From positions 3,488,001 through 3,552,000 of the forward strand of contig OZ252299.1 in the NCBI GenBank assembly GCA_965250285.1: a stretch of DNA of 64,000 nucleotides. Direction: 5' to 3'. Shown here piece after piece: positions 8,723-18,384 of this stretch (its first letter is position 1; every line of letters begins with the position of its first letter). The notes under the pieces are model-generated. The model was not told the origin of the DNA, made no database searches, and saw only the letters and a list, made by a program, of their open reading frames with translations. This stretch comes from Myxococcota bacterium (GTDB taxonomy: Bacteria > Myxococcota_A > UBA9160 > UBA4427). A program made the position numbers and the translations under genes.

Positions 8723-10615
8723 TCAGTCGCGGGGCTCGAGCGCCGGAAAGACCGCGCCGTCGCCCGGGGCCCCGACCACGATGCCCTCGGCATCGCCCGT
8801 CCAGATGAGCGCGGAGAAACCCGTAGTGAGGTCGTCCAATACCCGAATCTCGCTCGCGTTCGATGCGCCGGGTGCGGGCCCGACCACCAGCTCGGCGAAG
8901 CCGTCGCCGTCGATGTCGGCCACGCTCGGCACCCCGGCACCGAGAATCGGCCGCCCCGTTCGGTCTTCGACCATCCGAGCGAAGCCCTGCGTGGCGTCGT
9001 CGAGGACATCGATCATCGGGCCGTCCGCTGCCATGAGGGTGACGGCGATCTCGTCGATGCCGTCGCCGTCGAGGTCGCCCACAGCGATCCGCGTAGTGCC
9101 ATCGGACGCCTGGTAGGCCGCATCGGTCACGGCCTCGAGCACCCCGAGCTCGAGGCGCAGCGGCTCGAAGAGCGCAAAGCCGGTGGTCGCGTCGTCGAAG
9201 ATCGAGATCGTTCCGCCCGCACCTTCGCTGCGGCCGACCACGATCTCATCGATGCCGTCGCCATCGATGTCGCCCAGATGGGGCCGGGCCACGCCGTCGC
9301 GGGCGTAGTCGATGCCGAACATCGCCACGAAGGGCAGCGATCGAAGCAGGTTGCGGAGCGATGCCTGCATCGGGGCGTAGCCCGTCGCACGATCGTCGAA
9401 GATCGACATGCTCGCGATCGACATGCCGCCGAGCCCGACGACGAGCTCGCTTGCGCCATCGCCATCGATGTCGCCGCAGCTCGGGAAGGTCTCGCCATTG
9501 CGACTGATGTAGCGACCGTTCGTGCCGGCCATGTCGCGCTCGTCGGTCACGCTGAGGCCGTCGAGCTCGAGCAGCAGGACCCGGGCGCGCGAGCCCGGCC
9601 CGAAACCGATCACCAGATCCTGATCACCATCGCCATCGAGGTCACACCAGTCGGGGCGCAGATCGCCGGCCGCGGCGAACTCGCTGTTCGTGATCAGCGT
9701 CGTCGATCCATCGACGTGCACGGCGACGATGTCACCCGACGGCGTTCCCTGGAGACCCGCGACCGCGCCGGCCGGGCCGCTCGGGATCGGGTCGGGGACG
9801 GGATCGGGATCGGTGGACGTATCCGGATCGGGATCGGGCGTCGGGTCGGGCACCGGATCCGGATCGGGGATGGGATCGACCTGATTGTCGACGTAGAACG
9901 TCGCGCTGACCGATGCGCCCTCGACGCCGCCGGCCGAGTCACCCGAGTAGCCCACCGCGGTGATCGTGTGCTCACCGTCGGGCAGCTGCGTCGTGTCGAA
10001 CGGTCGCTCGGTTCCGATGTCACCGTCGTCGCTCTCGATCGAGTACGGCAGTGCGTTCTCGATGCGGTACGAGCTGCCATTCAGCAGAAATTGCACGCTC
10101 TCCGTCGCGCCGTAGACCTGCGCAACGACGACGATGTCGCCCGAGACGACGCCGCTCGCGCCATCGATCTTCGACACGCCGAAGCCGGGCTCACCCGGTG
10201 CCGGTGCAGCCGCCACGACGATCTCGTTCGAGTAGTCGGAGACGACGCCACTCCCGTACGCACGCAATCGCAGGTAGAGATCGACGCTGTCTTCGAGCTC
10301 CATCACCGACTGGATCTGACCGTTCTGCTCGGCCGGAAGCCCGAGGTCGAAGGTCGACGCCGTGGCGCCGGAGCTCGTACCGACCGCGAGTTCGTAGCCC
10401 TCGACGCCATCGGAAGGCGACGGGATCCAGCGCACGGTGTAGTCGCGGAGCTCGGCATGCGCGGGCGCGCCCGAGCCGAGCGCGACGAACCCGACGCAGA
10501 GCACCAGGGCGGCACGCGCGATCGCGATGGAGATCGTGGGACGAGCAAAGACGTCGAAGGGGCGAGCAGCGTGACGTGTTCGCGCGAAGGAGCGGACGGA
10601 CGAGTCGATCATCAT
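8723..10615 (-). CDS. Secreted FN3-like + Ig-like + Pro/Asp linker + FG-GAP/VCBS repeat protein (paralog 2)
   Basis: Signal peptide ending APAHA; WIPSPSDGVEGY; FDTTQLPDGEH; (DP)n linker; five DxDGDG motifs; start could be GTG 10642. Confidence 0.78.
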   Translation of the reverse strand: MMIDSSVRSFARTRHAARPFDVFARPTISIAIARAALVLCVGFVALGSGAPAHAELRDYTVRWIPSPSDGVEGYELAVGTSSGATASTFDLGLPAEQNGQIQSVMELEDSVDLYLRLRAYGSGVVSDYSNEIVVAAAPAPGEPGFGVSKIDGASGVVSGDIVVVAQVYGATESVQFLLNGSSYRIENALPYSIESDDGDIGTERPFDTTQLPDGEHTITAVGYSGDSAGGVEGASVSATFYVDNQVDPIPDPDPVPDPTPDPDPDTSTDPDPVPDPIPSGPAGAVAGLQGTPSGDIVAVHVDGSTTLITNSEFAAAGDLRPDWCDLDGDGDQDLVIGFGPGSRARVLLLELDGLSVTDERDMAGTNGRYISRNGETFPSCGDIDGDGASELVVGLGGMSIASMSIFDDRATGYAPMQASLRNLLRSLPFVAMFGIDYARDGVARPHLGDIDGDGIDEIVVGRSEGAGGTISIFDDATTGFALFEPLRLELGVLEAVTDAAYQASDGTTRIAVGDLDGDGIDEIAVTLMAADGPMIDVLDDATQGFARMVEDRTGRPILGAGVPSVADIDGDGFAELVVGPAPGASNASEIRVLDDLTTGFSALIWTGDAEGIVVGAPGDGAVFPALEPRD

Positions 10616-11384
10616 GGGCCGATTGATCGGAGTCGACCTCACGAGGTCCCGTGATGATGCTCACCCCATGTCACGACTTGAACGAACTCGCGAAAAAAAG
10701 ATCGCGAGACTTCGGAACACGCGCACGTATCGCGTCGAAAAGCGACGTATGTCACGACGCAGAAGACGATGCATGCGATCGACACGTGCGACCGAACGCC
10801 GAGCGTTGCGCACCGAGGCAACGCCAGTCACGTCATCGCCACACGAAGTGCGACGTGCATCACGCGGTCATGAGCACGTCGTTGCGATGCGGATCACGTC
10901 GTCGAAGAGAGCGTTCGCGGCCGCATGAAGATCGTCGCGACCCGCCTCGCTTCGGTGCATATCGCGGTGCAGAAGCGAACTCGCGGACCGAGATGCAACG
11001 AACGTTCGACACGCAACGCGTGACAACGCGGTGGGTCGAAGCGCCCGATCTCTCGCACGCGAACGACCCTGCCATCGTGACCCGGTGATTTCCCCGAGCG
11101 CGCACCGGGCTCGTTCCGTGTTTCACCCGATCACCGAACGGGTGAACGGTCGACACATGATCGCGTCCCCCTACGCCCGCCGATGCAGCGGCGGTCGCGT
11201 GCCTTCCCGATGAGACCCGGCGCTGCGCCGACGACGAAGAGCCGGCGTCGCACCGAGAGATGCCCGGCGACGCATCGACCGGGCAGACGTCGAAGAATGC
11301 GATGGGGGTCACCGGGCCGCGGTGGTCGATCGGGTCATCGGCCGCGGCCGACCTCGATGTGCCAGCGCTCGAGGGTGAGGAGGG

Positions 11385-11458
11385 CGCCCCGGACAGGATT
11401 CGAACCTGTGACCGGTCGCTTAGAAGGCGACTGCTCTATCCAACTGAGCTACCGGGGC
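11385..11458 (-). tRNA. tRNA-Arg(UCU), CCA not encoded
   Basis: Cloverleaf with GCCCCGG/CCGGGGC acceptor stem, TAGCTCAGTTGGATAGAGC D arm, GTCGC-CTTCTAA-GCGAC anticodon arm, GTTCGAATC T loop. Confidence 0.95.
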
Positions 11459-11591
11459 GCGGCGGGTCGGAACCGAGGGACCGCTCTGGGCCCGCGTCGG
11501 CCGTGACCCGCAGACGCGCTGCGTCGGATGCGGTGCCCCTCCAGCAGCCGATCCGGCGAAATCAGGGAGCTGGGCCGTCGATCCGGCCACG

Positions 11592-11620
11592 TTGACACCC
11601 CCAGACGCCGAAGATAGCTT
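11592..11620 (+). promoter_or_regulatory. Sigma70-type promoter for tRNA-His
   Basis: TTGACA (11592-11597), 17-bp spacer, TAGCTT (11615-11620), then a GC-rich discriminator. Confidence 0.7.
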
Positions 11621-11642
11621 CCGGCGCCCCGAAAGCTGGCGT

Positions 11643-11720
<78 letters not shown>

Positions 11721-11972
11721 GCGCGGCTCCTTCGCTCGTTTGGGCCGAGTCTGCTCTCGTTGGCCGACGCCGCGGCCCGGCCCGCGGCGCCGCGGGCCGA
11801 GCGCTGCGCCGCATCTGGATCCGCCCCTTGGGAAGCCGGGATGGGGCCCTCCACACGGCCACCGCGCCCGGTGGCCGATCGAAAAGCCCTTTGGGCACGC
11901 GCACCTGCACCGACCCCTCGCCGCGGGCGCTAAGATGAGGGGCGACCGCCGCCGCTGCACAAGGACCCCCCG

Positions 11973-12218
11973 ATGAACCGCATTCGCGCCGCCCGTCAGG
12001 CCCTCGGCTGGACCCAGAACGACCTTGCGATCAAGGCCGGTGTCTCTGCCCGCACCGTGCACGCGGTCGAGAAGGGCCGTCCGTGCCGACAGACGACGAA
12101 GCGCCAGATCTTGAATGCGTTGGGTGTGCCGTGGGAGATGCGCGACGACTACTTCGTCCGCGCGCGCCCGGTCCGCCGGCCGGTCACCAACGAGACGTCG
12201 CGCATCCGCACCGCCTGA
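11973..12218 (+). CDS. Small XRE-family helix-turn-helix regulator
   Basis: IRAARQALGWTQNDLAIKAGVSARTVHAVEKG HTH_3 pattern; AAGGA RBS. Confidence 0.85.
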   Translation: MNRIRAARQALGWTQNDLAIKAGVSARTVHAVEKGRPCRQTTKRQILNALGVPWEMRDDYFVRARPVRRPVTNETSRIRTA

Positions 12219-12369
12219 TCCGAACCGTTCATCGCGTCCATCGCGTGCACCGGGTGCAGCGTGTGCATCGATCCGCAGCGCGATCGTGCGGGCCGCCGAG
12301 CCGCCTTGCCTCGAAGGTCGCACCACGCCGGGCCGGTCCCGGCAGAGCGAACCGCGCCGGCGTCGGGGT

Positions 12370-13662
12370 TCAGGTGGCCACGCCCGCGCGCAGCGCCTCG
12401 GCGAGATCGAGCACCTCGCTCACCGTGCGATCCATGAACGCAGTCAGCATGACACCGGCACGGTCTTCTTCGCCGGCCGCCGCCTCACGCCGCGCCTCGC
12501 GCTCCACTTCGATGCGCTCGCTCTCGACGCGCGCTTCGAAGGCCGCGAAAGCAGCGCTCACCTCGGGCGCCTTCGTGGCGTAGTCCATCATCACCGCTTC
12601 GTTCAGCTGGTGAAACGTCCACCAAGCCGAGTCGAGATCGCCGGGGGTGAGCTCGCCGTGCCCGCGCGCAAGTGCGGCCGGCAGCGCCCCCTGCAGATAG
12701 ACCGGGATGAACACGCTGATGCACGGTGATCCGAACGACACGTAGACCGCCCACGGCGCCACGCGGTCGATGGGGAGCGGCGCAACCAGGCTCGCCGTCG
12801 TCGTGCCCGCCGGTTCGGCATGCATGCACAGCGTGTAGTAGCCAGCGTCTTCGGGCGTGAGGTCGAACGGCGGCGTCGTGGCGCCGTCGCCGTGATCCCG
12901 CAGCAGCGCCTTCATCGCCATCACGTCGTGCTTGCCGCGCCCGGCTTCGAGCAGCGCGCGCGACCGGTCGAGGCGCCCTTCCGAGAGACGCCCCGGCACG
13001 TGGGGGTTGCGATACGCGGTCGTGAGGTCGAGCCGTTCGAGGTCGCGCCACCACCCCTGCCCCCGCGCGAACGACTCGAGATCGCGTGACCCGATCGACC
13101 AATCGTCGTGCAGCGTGATGTGGTTGGAGAGCGAAGAGAGCGCGACGGGTTTGCCCGCCCAGCGTCGCCCGCTCGTCTCGAGCACCCAGGCCGTCTCGGG
13201 ATCGGCGATCAAGAAGCTGTTGTGGTAGCCGCCCTCGCCCGGCCCGAAGGCCGCGCCGCCCTGGCCGTGTTGCTCGAGCAGCGTCGCGATCACCTCGAGC
13301 GCCTCTCGCGCGTCGCGGCCGCGTTCGAGCCCGAGCCGCACGAGATCCATGCCGATCAGGCCGGGCGTCTCCTCGACCGGCTCCTTCGAGAACACCGTGT
13401 GGTTGCCGATCGCGACGCCGTGCTCATTGACGCCATGCTCGAAGCCCCACACCCACCACGGCGAGGCGCCCATCGCCGCATACGTCTCGGCGACCTGGGG
13501 GATCTCGATGTGGGTGCAGCGCACCGTCGAGCCGCGGGGATGAAACGCCGCCGGCTGCTGGACGAAGGGCTGGCATTCGCCGCGGTGGCGATCGCTGTTC
13601 TTCGCGAACAGCGTCGTGCCGTCACGGGTCTCTGCGCGGGTTGCGACCACCGAATCGCACAT
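12370..13662 (-). CDS. Peptidase C69 family (secernin/dipeptidase-like Ntn hydrolase)
   Basis: N-terminal MCD nucleophile, FAKNSDR, GVNEHGVAIGN, GMDLVRLGLERG, YHNSFLIAD. Confidence 0.88.
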   Translation of the reverse strand: MCDSVVATRAETRDGTTLFAKNSDRHRGECQPFVQQPAAFHPRGSTVRCTHIEIPQVAETYAAMGASPWWVWGFEHGVNEHGVAIGNHTVFSKEPVEETPGLIGMDLVRLGLERGRDAREALEVIATLLEQHGQGGAAFGPGEGGYHNSFLIADPETAWVLETSGRRWAGKPVALSSLSNHITLHDDWSIGSRDLESFARGQGWWRDLERLDLTTAYRNPHVPGRLSEGRLDRSRALLEAGRGKHDVMAMKALLRDHGDGATTPPFDLTPEDAGYYTLCMHAEPAGTTTASLVAPLPIDRVAPWAVYVSFGSPCISVFIPVYLQGALPAALARGHGELTPGDLDSAWWTFHQLNEAVMMDYATKAPEVSAAFAAFEARVESERIEVEREARREAAAGEEDRAGVMLTAFMDRTVSEVLDLAEALRAGVAT

Positions 13663-13817
13663 GGGACGATGCTAGCAGGGCTGGCATCGACGCCCGAATC
13701 GGACACCTCAGCCTCGCCTCCGTGCAAGGATCGAGATTCTGGGGGTCGCCTATCCTCCCAGGATCGCCGCGCCGCGGCCAACCCTGCGGATCGAACTCGC
13801 CTTGGAGAGGACACCCG

Positions 13818-15245
13818 ATGCTCGATTGGGCCCAGCTCGAAACGAATCCCTACCTCCGCGACAACGCATGTCCGATCGAGGAGGAGATGGAGGTCGCCCG
13901 GTGCGAGGTCATCGGTGAGATCCCCGAAGCCCTGTCGGGCGCCTTCCTGCGCAACGGCTCGAATCAGCAGTACGAGCCGCGCGGGCCCTACCACCTCTTC
14001 GACGGCGACGGGATGATCCACGCGGTCTATCTCGAGAACGGTCAGGCGGGCTACCGCAATCGCTGGATTCTCTCGAAGGGGCTCGAATACGAGCGGAAGG
14101 TCGGGCACGCGATCTGGGGCGGCATGCGCGACGTGTTCCCGCCCGACGAGCAGGCCCTCGCCGAGGTCGGCCGGGCCAAGAACGTCGCGAACATCCACCT
14201 CGTCGAACACGCGGGCCACCTGCTCGCGCTCTGGGAGGCGGGCAAGCCCACTGAGGTCACCGCGCAGCTCGAGACGGTCGGTGAGTACAGCTTCGGCGGC
14301 AAGCTGAAGGGCGGGTTCTGCGCGCACCCACACTTCGACGAACGGACCGGCGAGATGTTCGGCTTCGCGTACCGGCCGATTCCGCCGTTCCTCATGTACT
14401 ACGTCGTGGACAAGCACGGGCAGCTCAAGGTGAGCGAGGAGATCCCGGTCGAGAAGCCGGTGATGATGCACGACTTCGCGATCTCGGAGAACTACGCCGT
14501 CTTCTTCTATGCACCCGCGGTCTGGGACGTGATCAAGGCGATCCAGGAGGGCGGCCCCGCGATGACATGGCAGCCCGAGCGCGGCTGTCAGATCGGCCTG
14601 ATGCCGCGCTATGGCAAGGGCAGCGAGATTCGCTGGTTCGAAGCCGACGTCGGCTGGTGCTTCCACTTCGCCAACGCGTTCGAGCGGGGGAACGAGGTGA
14701 TCCTGGATGCCGTCCGCACCGATCGCGTGGACGACGACGTCAACGCGGCCGACGACGGCGGCTACACGGTGGGGTCGTTGCTCACGCGCTTCACGGTCAA
14801 CCTCGAGACCGGCGGGCGGGCGACGACCCAGCAGTTCATGACCGAGCGACACTGCGAGTTTCCGCGCGTCGCGCGCCACATCGAGGGCCAGCATCACCGC
14901 TACGCGTACATGCTCGGCACCGACAACGCGACCGACCTCGTCGCGTTCGACAGCTTCAACCACGTTTGCCGCTTCGACTACGAGACCGGCGAGAGCAACG
15001 TGTTCAAGGTGGACGACCTCGGCGGCGACGCGACCGAGTTCTCCTATGCGCCGAACCCCGAGAGCGACCGCGAAGAGGACGGCTGGCTCATGGGCTACGT
15101 CTATCGCAAGGCGACGCACTCGAGCGAGCTGGTGATCCTCTCGGCGGGCGACCCGTCAGCTGGGCCGGTCGCGCGGGTCCTGCTCCCCCAGCGTGTGCCC
15201 GAGGGCTTCCACGGCTCCTGGATCCCCGGCCTGCCGTTCACCTAG
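13818..15245 (+). CDS. Carotenoid cleavage oxygenase family protein (RPE65/lignostilbene dioxygenase-like)
   Basis: HLFDGDGM and four Fe-binding His (AHPH, MHDF, FHFANA, GFHGSW); EEDGW; GAGAGG RBS. Confidence 0.92.
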   Translation: MLDWAQLETNPYLRDNACPIEEEMEVARCEVIGEIPEALSGAFLRNGSNQQYEPRGPYHLFDGDGMIHAVYLENGQAGYRNRWILSKGLEYERKVGHAIWGGMRDVFPPDEQALAEVGRAKNVANIHLVEHAGHLLALWEAGKPTEVTAQLETVGEYSFGGKLKGGFCAHPHFDERTGEMFGFAYRPIPPFLMYYVVDKHGQLKVSEEIPVEKPVMMHDFAISENYAVFFYAPAVWDVIKAIQEGGPAMTWQPERGCQIGLMPRYGKGSEIRWFEADVGWCFHFANAFERGNEVILDAVRTDRVDDDVNAADDGGYTVGSLLTRFTVNLETGGRATTQQFMTERHCEFPRVARHIEGQHHRYAYMLGTDNATDLVAFDSFNHVCRFDYETGESNVFKVDDLGGDATEFSYAPNPESDREEDGWLMGYVYRKATHSSELVILSAGDPSAGPVARVLLPQRVPEGFHGSWIPGLPFT

Positions 15246-15257
15246 GGGGCGCGGGCC

Positions 15258-16316
15258 ATCTCCGAGCCGACCCCGACCACGTCGAGCGCCTCCGACGGGG
15301 CGCCGCCCGCCCCGCTCGACCCGCTGACCGCCGAGCGTGGCGCTGGCTACGCGTTCGCGCTCGGCTCGGCTCTGTGCACGGCCGTCGCCACCATCCCCTA
15401 CAAGCTCGCGGCCACCGAGGCGCCCCTCGAGGTCGTGGTGTTGCTGCTGCTGGCGAGCGCGGCGAGCCTCAACACGGCGACCGCCCTCGCACGGGGTGGG
15501 GCCCGCTGGCTGCGCGCGAGCGTCGCATCCACGGCCAACGGCGACGCCACGGACGGGGGCGACCCAACCGAGGGCCCGGGCGCCCCACTGAAGAACCAAG
15601 TCTCGTGGCGCATCACGCTCTGGGCGAGCCTGCTGAGCGGGGCCCTGGCCGCCGGCGCGAACGCCGGGGCGACCGAGGCGATCGCCCGACTCGATCCATC
15701 GGTCGCGGTGCTGCTGATCCAGCTGCAGGTGGGCGTGGCGGCCGTGCTCGGTTGGCTCTGGCTCGGCGAACCCGTCTCGCGCCGCTTCGTCGCGGGCGGT
15801 GTGGTCGCGATCGTCGGCGTCGCGGCCCTGGCGGAGGGCGGTCTCACGGGCGATCTCGATGCCGCCGCCGTCGGGTGGGGCCTGGTCGGTGCGCTGTGCT
15901 TCGGCAGCCTCCACGTGGTGATCCGCCGCTACGTCGACCGCATCGATCTCGTGTGGACCAACGCCCTCCGCCTGTGGATCGCGGTGGCCGTCGTCGCCGC
16001 CAGCTCGGGCGCGCTCGCCGAGCTGCTCGGCGCGCCCCCGCGGATCGTGCTGCTGTCGGCCACCGCGGCGACCGTGGGCCCCTTCGTCGGTCGACTGATG
16101 ATGATGCGGGCCACGCGCAGCCTGCCGGCCGCGACGAGCACGCTCTTCGGCCTGGCCTCGCCGGTCCTGACCGTCGGCACGGCCTGGCTCTTCCTCGGCA
16201 CCCTCCCCTCGCTGCGCGAAGCAGTGGCGGGCGCCGTCGTTCTCGGCGGGCTCGCGCTCGCCCTCACCCCCGCCTGGACGGGATCCGTTCGCACTCTGGA
16301 AAGGAGCACACCGTGA
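15258..16316 (+). CDS. DMT/EamA-family transporter; start codon ambiguous (ATC at 15258 proposed)
   Basis: About 10 hydrophobic helices, LGEPV, two EamA-like halves; the first helix lies upstream of the first canonical start at 15435. Confidence 0.75.
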   Translation: MSEPTPTTSSASDGAPPAPLDPLTAERGAGYAFALGSALCTAVATIPYKLAATEAPLEVVVLLLLASAASLNTATALARGGARWLRASVASTANGDATDGGDPTEGPGAPLKNQVSWRITLWASLLSGALAAGANAGATEAIARLDPSVAVLLIQLQVGVAAVLGWLWLGEPVSRRFVAGGVVAIVGVAALAEGGLTGDLDAAAVGWGLVGALCFGSLHVVIRRYVDRIDLVWTNALRLWIAVAVVAASSGALAELLGAPPRIVLLSATAATVGPFVGRLMMMRATRSLPAATSTLFGLASPVLTVGTAWLFLGTLPSLREAVAGAVVLGGLALALTPAWTGSVRTLERSTP

Positions 16317-16840
16317 TCGAGTTTGCCCCCGAGAAGACCTGGCTGCCGGTCGAACAACGCATGGAGGACGAGACCAACCCGCGCATCCGCTCGAACCTCG
16401 AAGAGGTGCGCAACCACATGCGCGCCGAGATTCGAGGCGAGCACGGCCCGCTGATGGAGACGCTCACCCAGGATCCGCAGTATCACATGTGGGGCCTCCC
16501 CGAAGAGACCGGGCCGAAGGGGCGCGAAGTCGTCTCGGAGTTCTACGAGAACATGATCGCCACGGGCGGCAACCGGTTTCACTTCGACGTGCGACTGATC
16601 TGCGCCGATGAGCGCTCGGTCGTGACCGAGGGCGTCATGCGCACGCTGTTCACCGGACAGGTGGTGAAGGCGATGGGCATCGAAGAGGTCGAGGGAGAAG
16701 CGGTCGAGGACAAAGACGAGTACGTGAGCGAGTGGCAGATCCTCACGGTGTGGCCCATCGACGAAGCGGGCAAGATCATCGGGGAAGACATCTACTTCGG
16801 AAGCACGCCGATGAAGACAATCGGCCGGCGCGCACCGTGA
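16313..16840 (+). CDS. SnoaL/NTF2-like fold protein
   Basis: GTG overlapping the upstream TGA, AAGGAG RBS; HMRAE..G, GREVVSEFY, VVTEG, GKIIGEDIY. Confidence 0.7.
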   Translation: MIEFAPEKTWLPVEQRMEDETNPRIRSNLEEVRNHMRAEIRGEHGPLMETLTQDPQYHMWGLPEETGPKGREVVSEFYENMIATGGNRFHFDVRLICADERSVVTEGVMRTLFTGQVVKAMGIEEVEGEAVEDKDEYVSEWQILTVWPIDEAGKIIGEDIYFGSTPMKTIGRRAP

Positions 16841-16880
16841 CCGACGAAACGGGGTGCGCGCCGGCCGCCGGATCGACGAC

Positions 16881-17825
16881 GTGACGATCGATCTCGGGGG
16901 CCGGGTCGCCATCGTGACCGGCGCGGGACGAGGCATCGGGCGCGCGACCGCGCTCGAGCTCGCGCGCCTCGGCGCGAGCGTCGTGGTGAACGATCTCGGC
17001 GTCACGACCGATGGCGCACACGCCGACGATGCGCCGGCTACGCAGGTCGTGCGTGAGATCGAGGCCGCAGGCGGACGCGCTGCCGCCAGCACCGACTCGG
17101 TCGCCGAGTTCGACGGGGCCCGCGCCATCGTCGCGACGGCCGTCGAGCAGTTCGGTGGCGTCGACATTCTCGTGAACAACGCCGGCCTATCGGCCGGTGC
17201 ACCGATCTGGGCACTCGCCCCGGATCTCTTCGAGCGCGTCTGCTTCTCGCACGTCGTCGGCGCGTTCAACTGCACGCGCTGCGCCGTCCCCGTGATGATG
17301 GATCGAGGCTTCGGCCGCATCGTGAACCTCGTCTCGCGAGCCGGCCTGCTCGGCATGCCGGGGACGGCTGCGTACGGCGCCGGCAAGGGCGGTGTCTTCG
17401 GGTTGACCAACGTGACCAGTCGCGATCTCGCGCCCCATGGCATTACGGTCAACGCCGTGAACCCGGCCGCCACCGATACCCGCATGGTGACCGAAGCCAT
17501 CGATCGCATGCAGAGCGACGGCGACCCCGAATCGATCGACGTCGCGCGCGGCCTCCGTGCAGCGCTGCAGCGTCCCGAGGCGGTGGCCTCGGTCATCGGA
17601 GCGCTCTGCTCGCCCCAGGCGAGCGGGATCACCGGCGAGATCTTCTACGTATCGGGCGACGAGGTGGGCGTCTTCGAGCCGCTGCACGTGCGGCAGACGC
17701 GGCGGCGCGAAGACGGGTGGACGAGCGAGGCGCTCGTCGACGTGCTCGGCGAGTTCGAGACGCACGCGCTCGAGGGCCCGTACTCGGGCGAGCGCGAAGC
17801 GACCGACGGCGACGACACGACCTGA
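16881..17825 (+). CDS. Short-chain dehydrogenase/reductase (3-hydroxyacyl-CoA dehydrogenase/MFE-2-like)
   Basis: [24 protein letters not shown] catalytic motif. Confidence 0.9.
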   Translation: MTIDLGGRVAIVTGAGRGIGRATALELARLGASVVVNDLGVTTDGAHADDAPATQVVREIEAAGGRAAASTDSVAEFDGARAIVATAVEQFGGVDILVNNAGLSAGAPIWALAPDLFERVCFSHVVGAFNCTRCAVPVMMDRGFGRIVNLVSRAGLLGMPGTAAYGAGKGGVFGLTNVTSRDLAPHGITVNAVNPAATDTRMVTEAIDRMQSDGDPESIDVARGLRAALQRPEAVASVIGALCSPQASGITGEIFYVSGDEVGVFEPLHVRQTRRREDGWTSEALVDVLGEFETHALEGPYSGEREATDGDDTT

Positions 17826-18384
17826 TCGCGCGAGCGGCGCACGCGTCCGCATCGGCTTGCCGGACCGGCCGCCGGGTGTCTCGCGCTACGCGCGAAACCC
17901 ATCGAGCTCGCGCCTCGATCGCGCATCGACCGCGTTGCTCCCCCCACGATGCTCCCACCCCGAGCGTCTTCAACGCGGCTCCTGGCCAGCGGGTTGCCGC
18001 AACCAATCGCAGCACGCCCAGGAGCGGCTCCTCAATCCACGGGCACCCGCCGTGAAATTACGCCCGGCTGCGCGTGCTCTTCGCCCCGATCCGACACGCG
18101 TCGGTGGCGAGCGTGCGCATGGGTTGGCCGCGCTCGACCTGGACGACCTCAGGACAACGCGCGCTCAGCGGCACGCGGCGCCCGTGCTGACGGCCGCCCC
18201 GCGTGAAGATTTCCGACCCGCACCTGATCGAATCGAAATGAGGTGCAATCGTCTGCAGCAGTGGCGACGGCGGTGGCTACGCCGAAGCTTCGGACGAGCG
18301 CACGGGCCAACCACCATCGCATCGACACGTCCACTGCGGTGGGGACCCGTTCGGCGCTCGCGCAGCCAAACGGGGGATTCGCAC

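Noticed and set aside
9780..9880. GGATCG-type DNA repeat
   Set aside because: It encodes the Pro/Asp linker of FG-GAP paralog 2 and is not an independent element.
12230..12270. Degenerate 9-bp repeat (CATCGCGTG-like, about 4.5 copies) between convergent genes
   Set aside because: Short and degenerate, with no evidence of function.
18223..18236. FNR box upstream of ccoN (CTGATCGAATCGAA)
   Set aside because: The second half-site and spacing match TTGAT-N4-ATCAA poorly.
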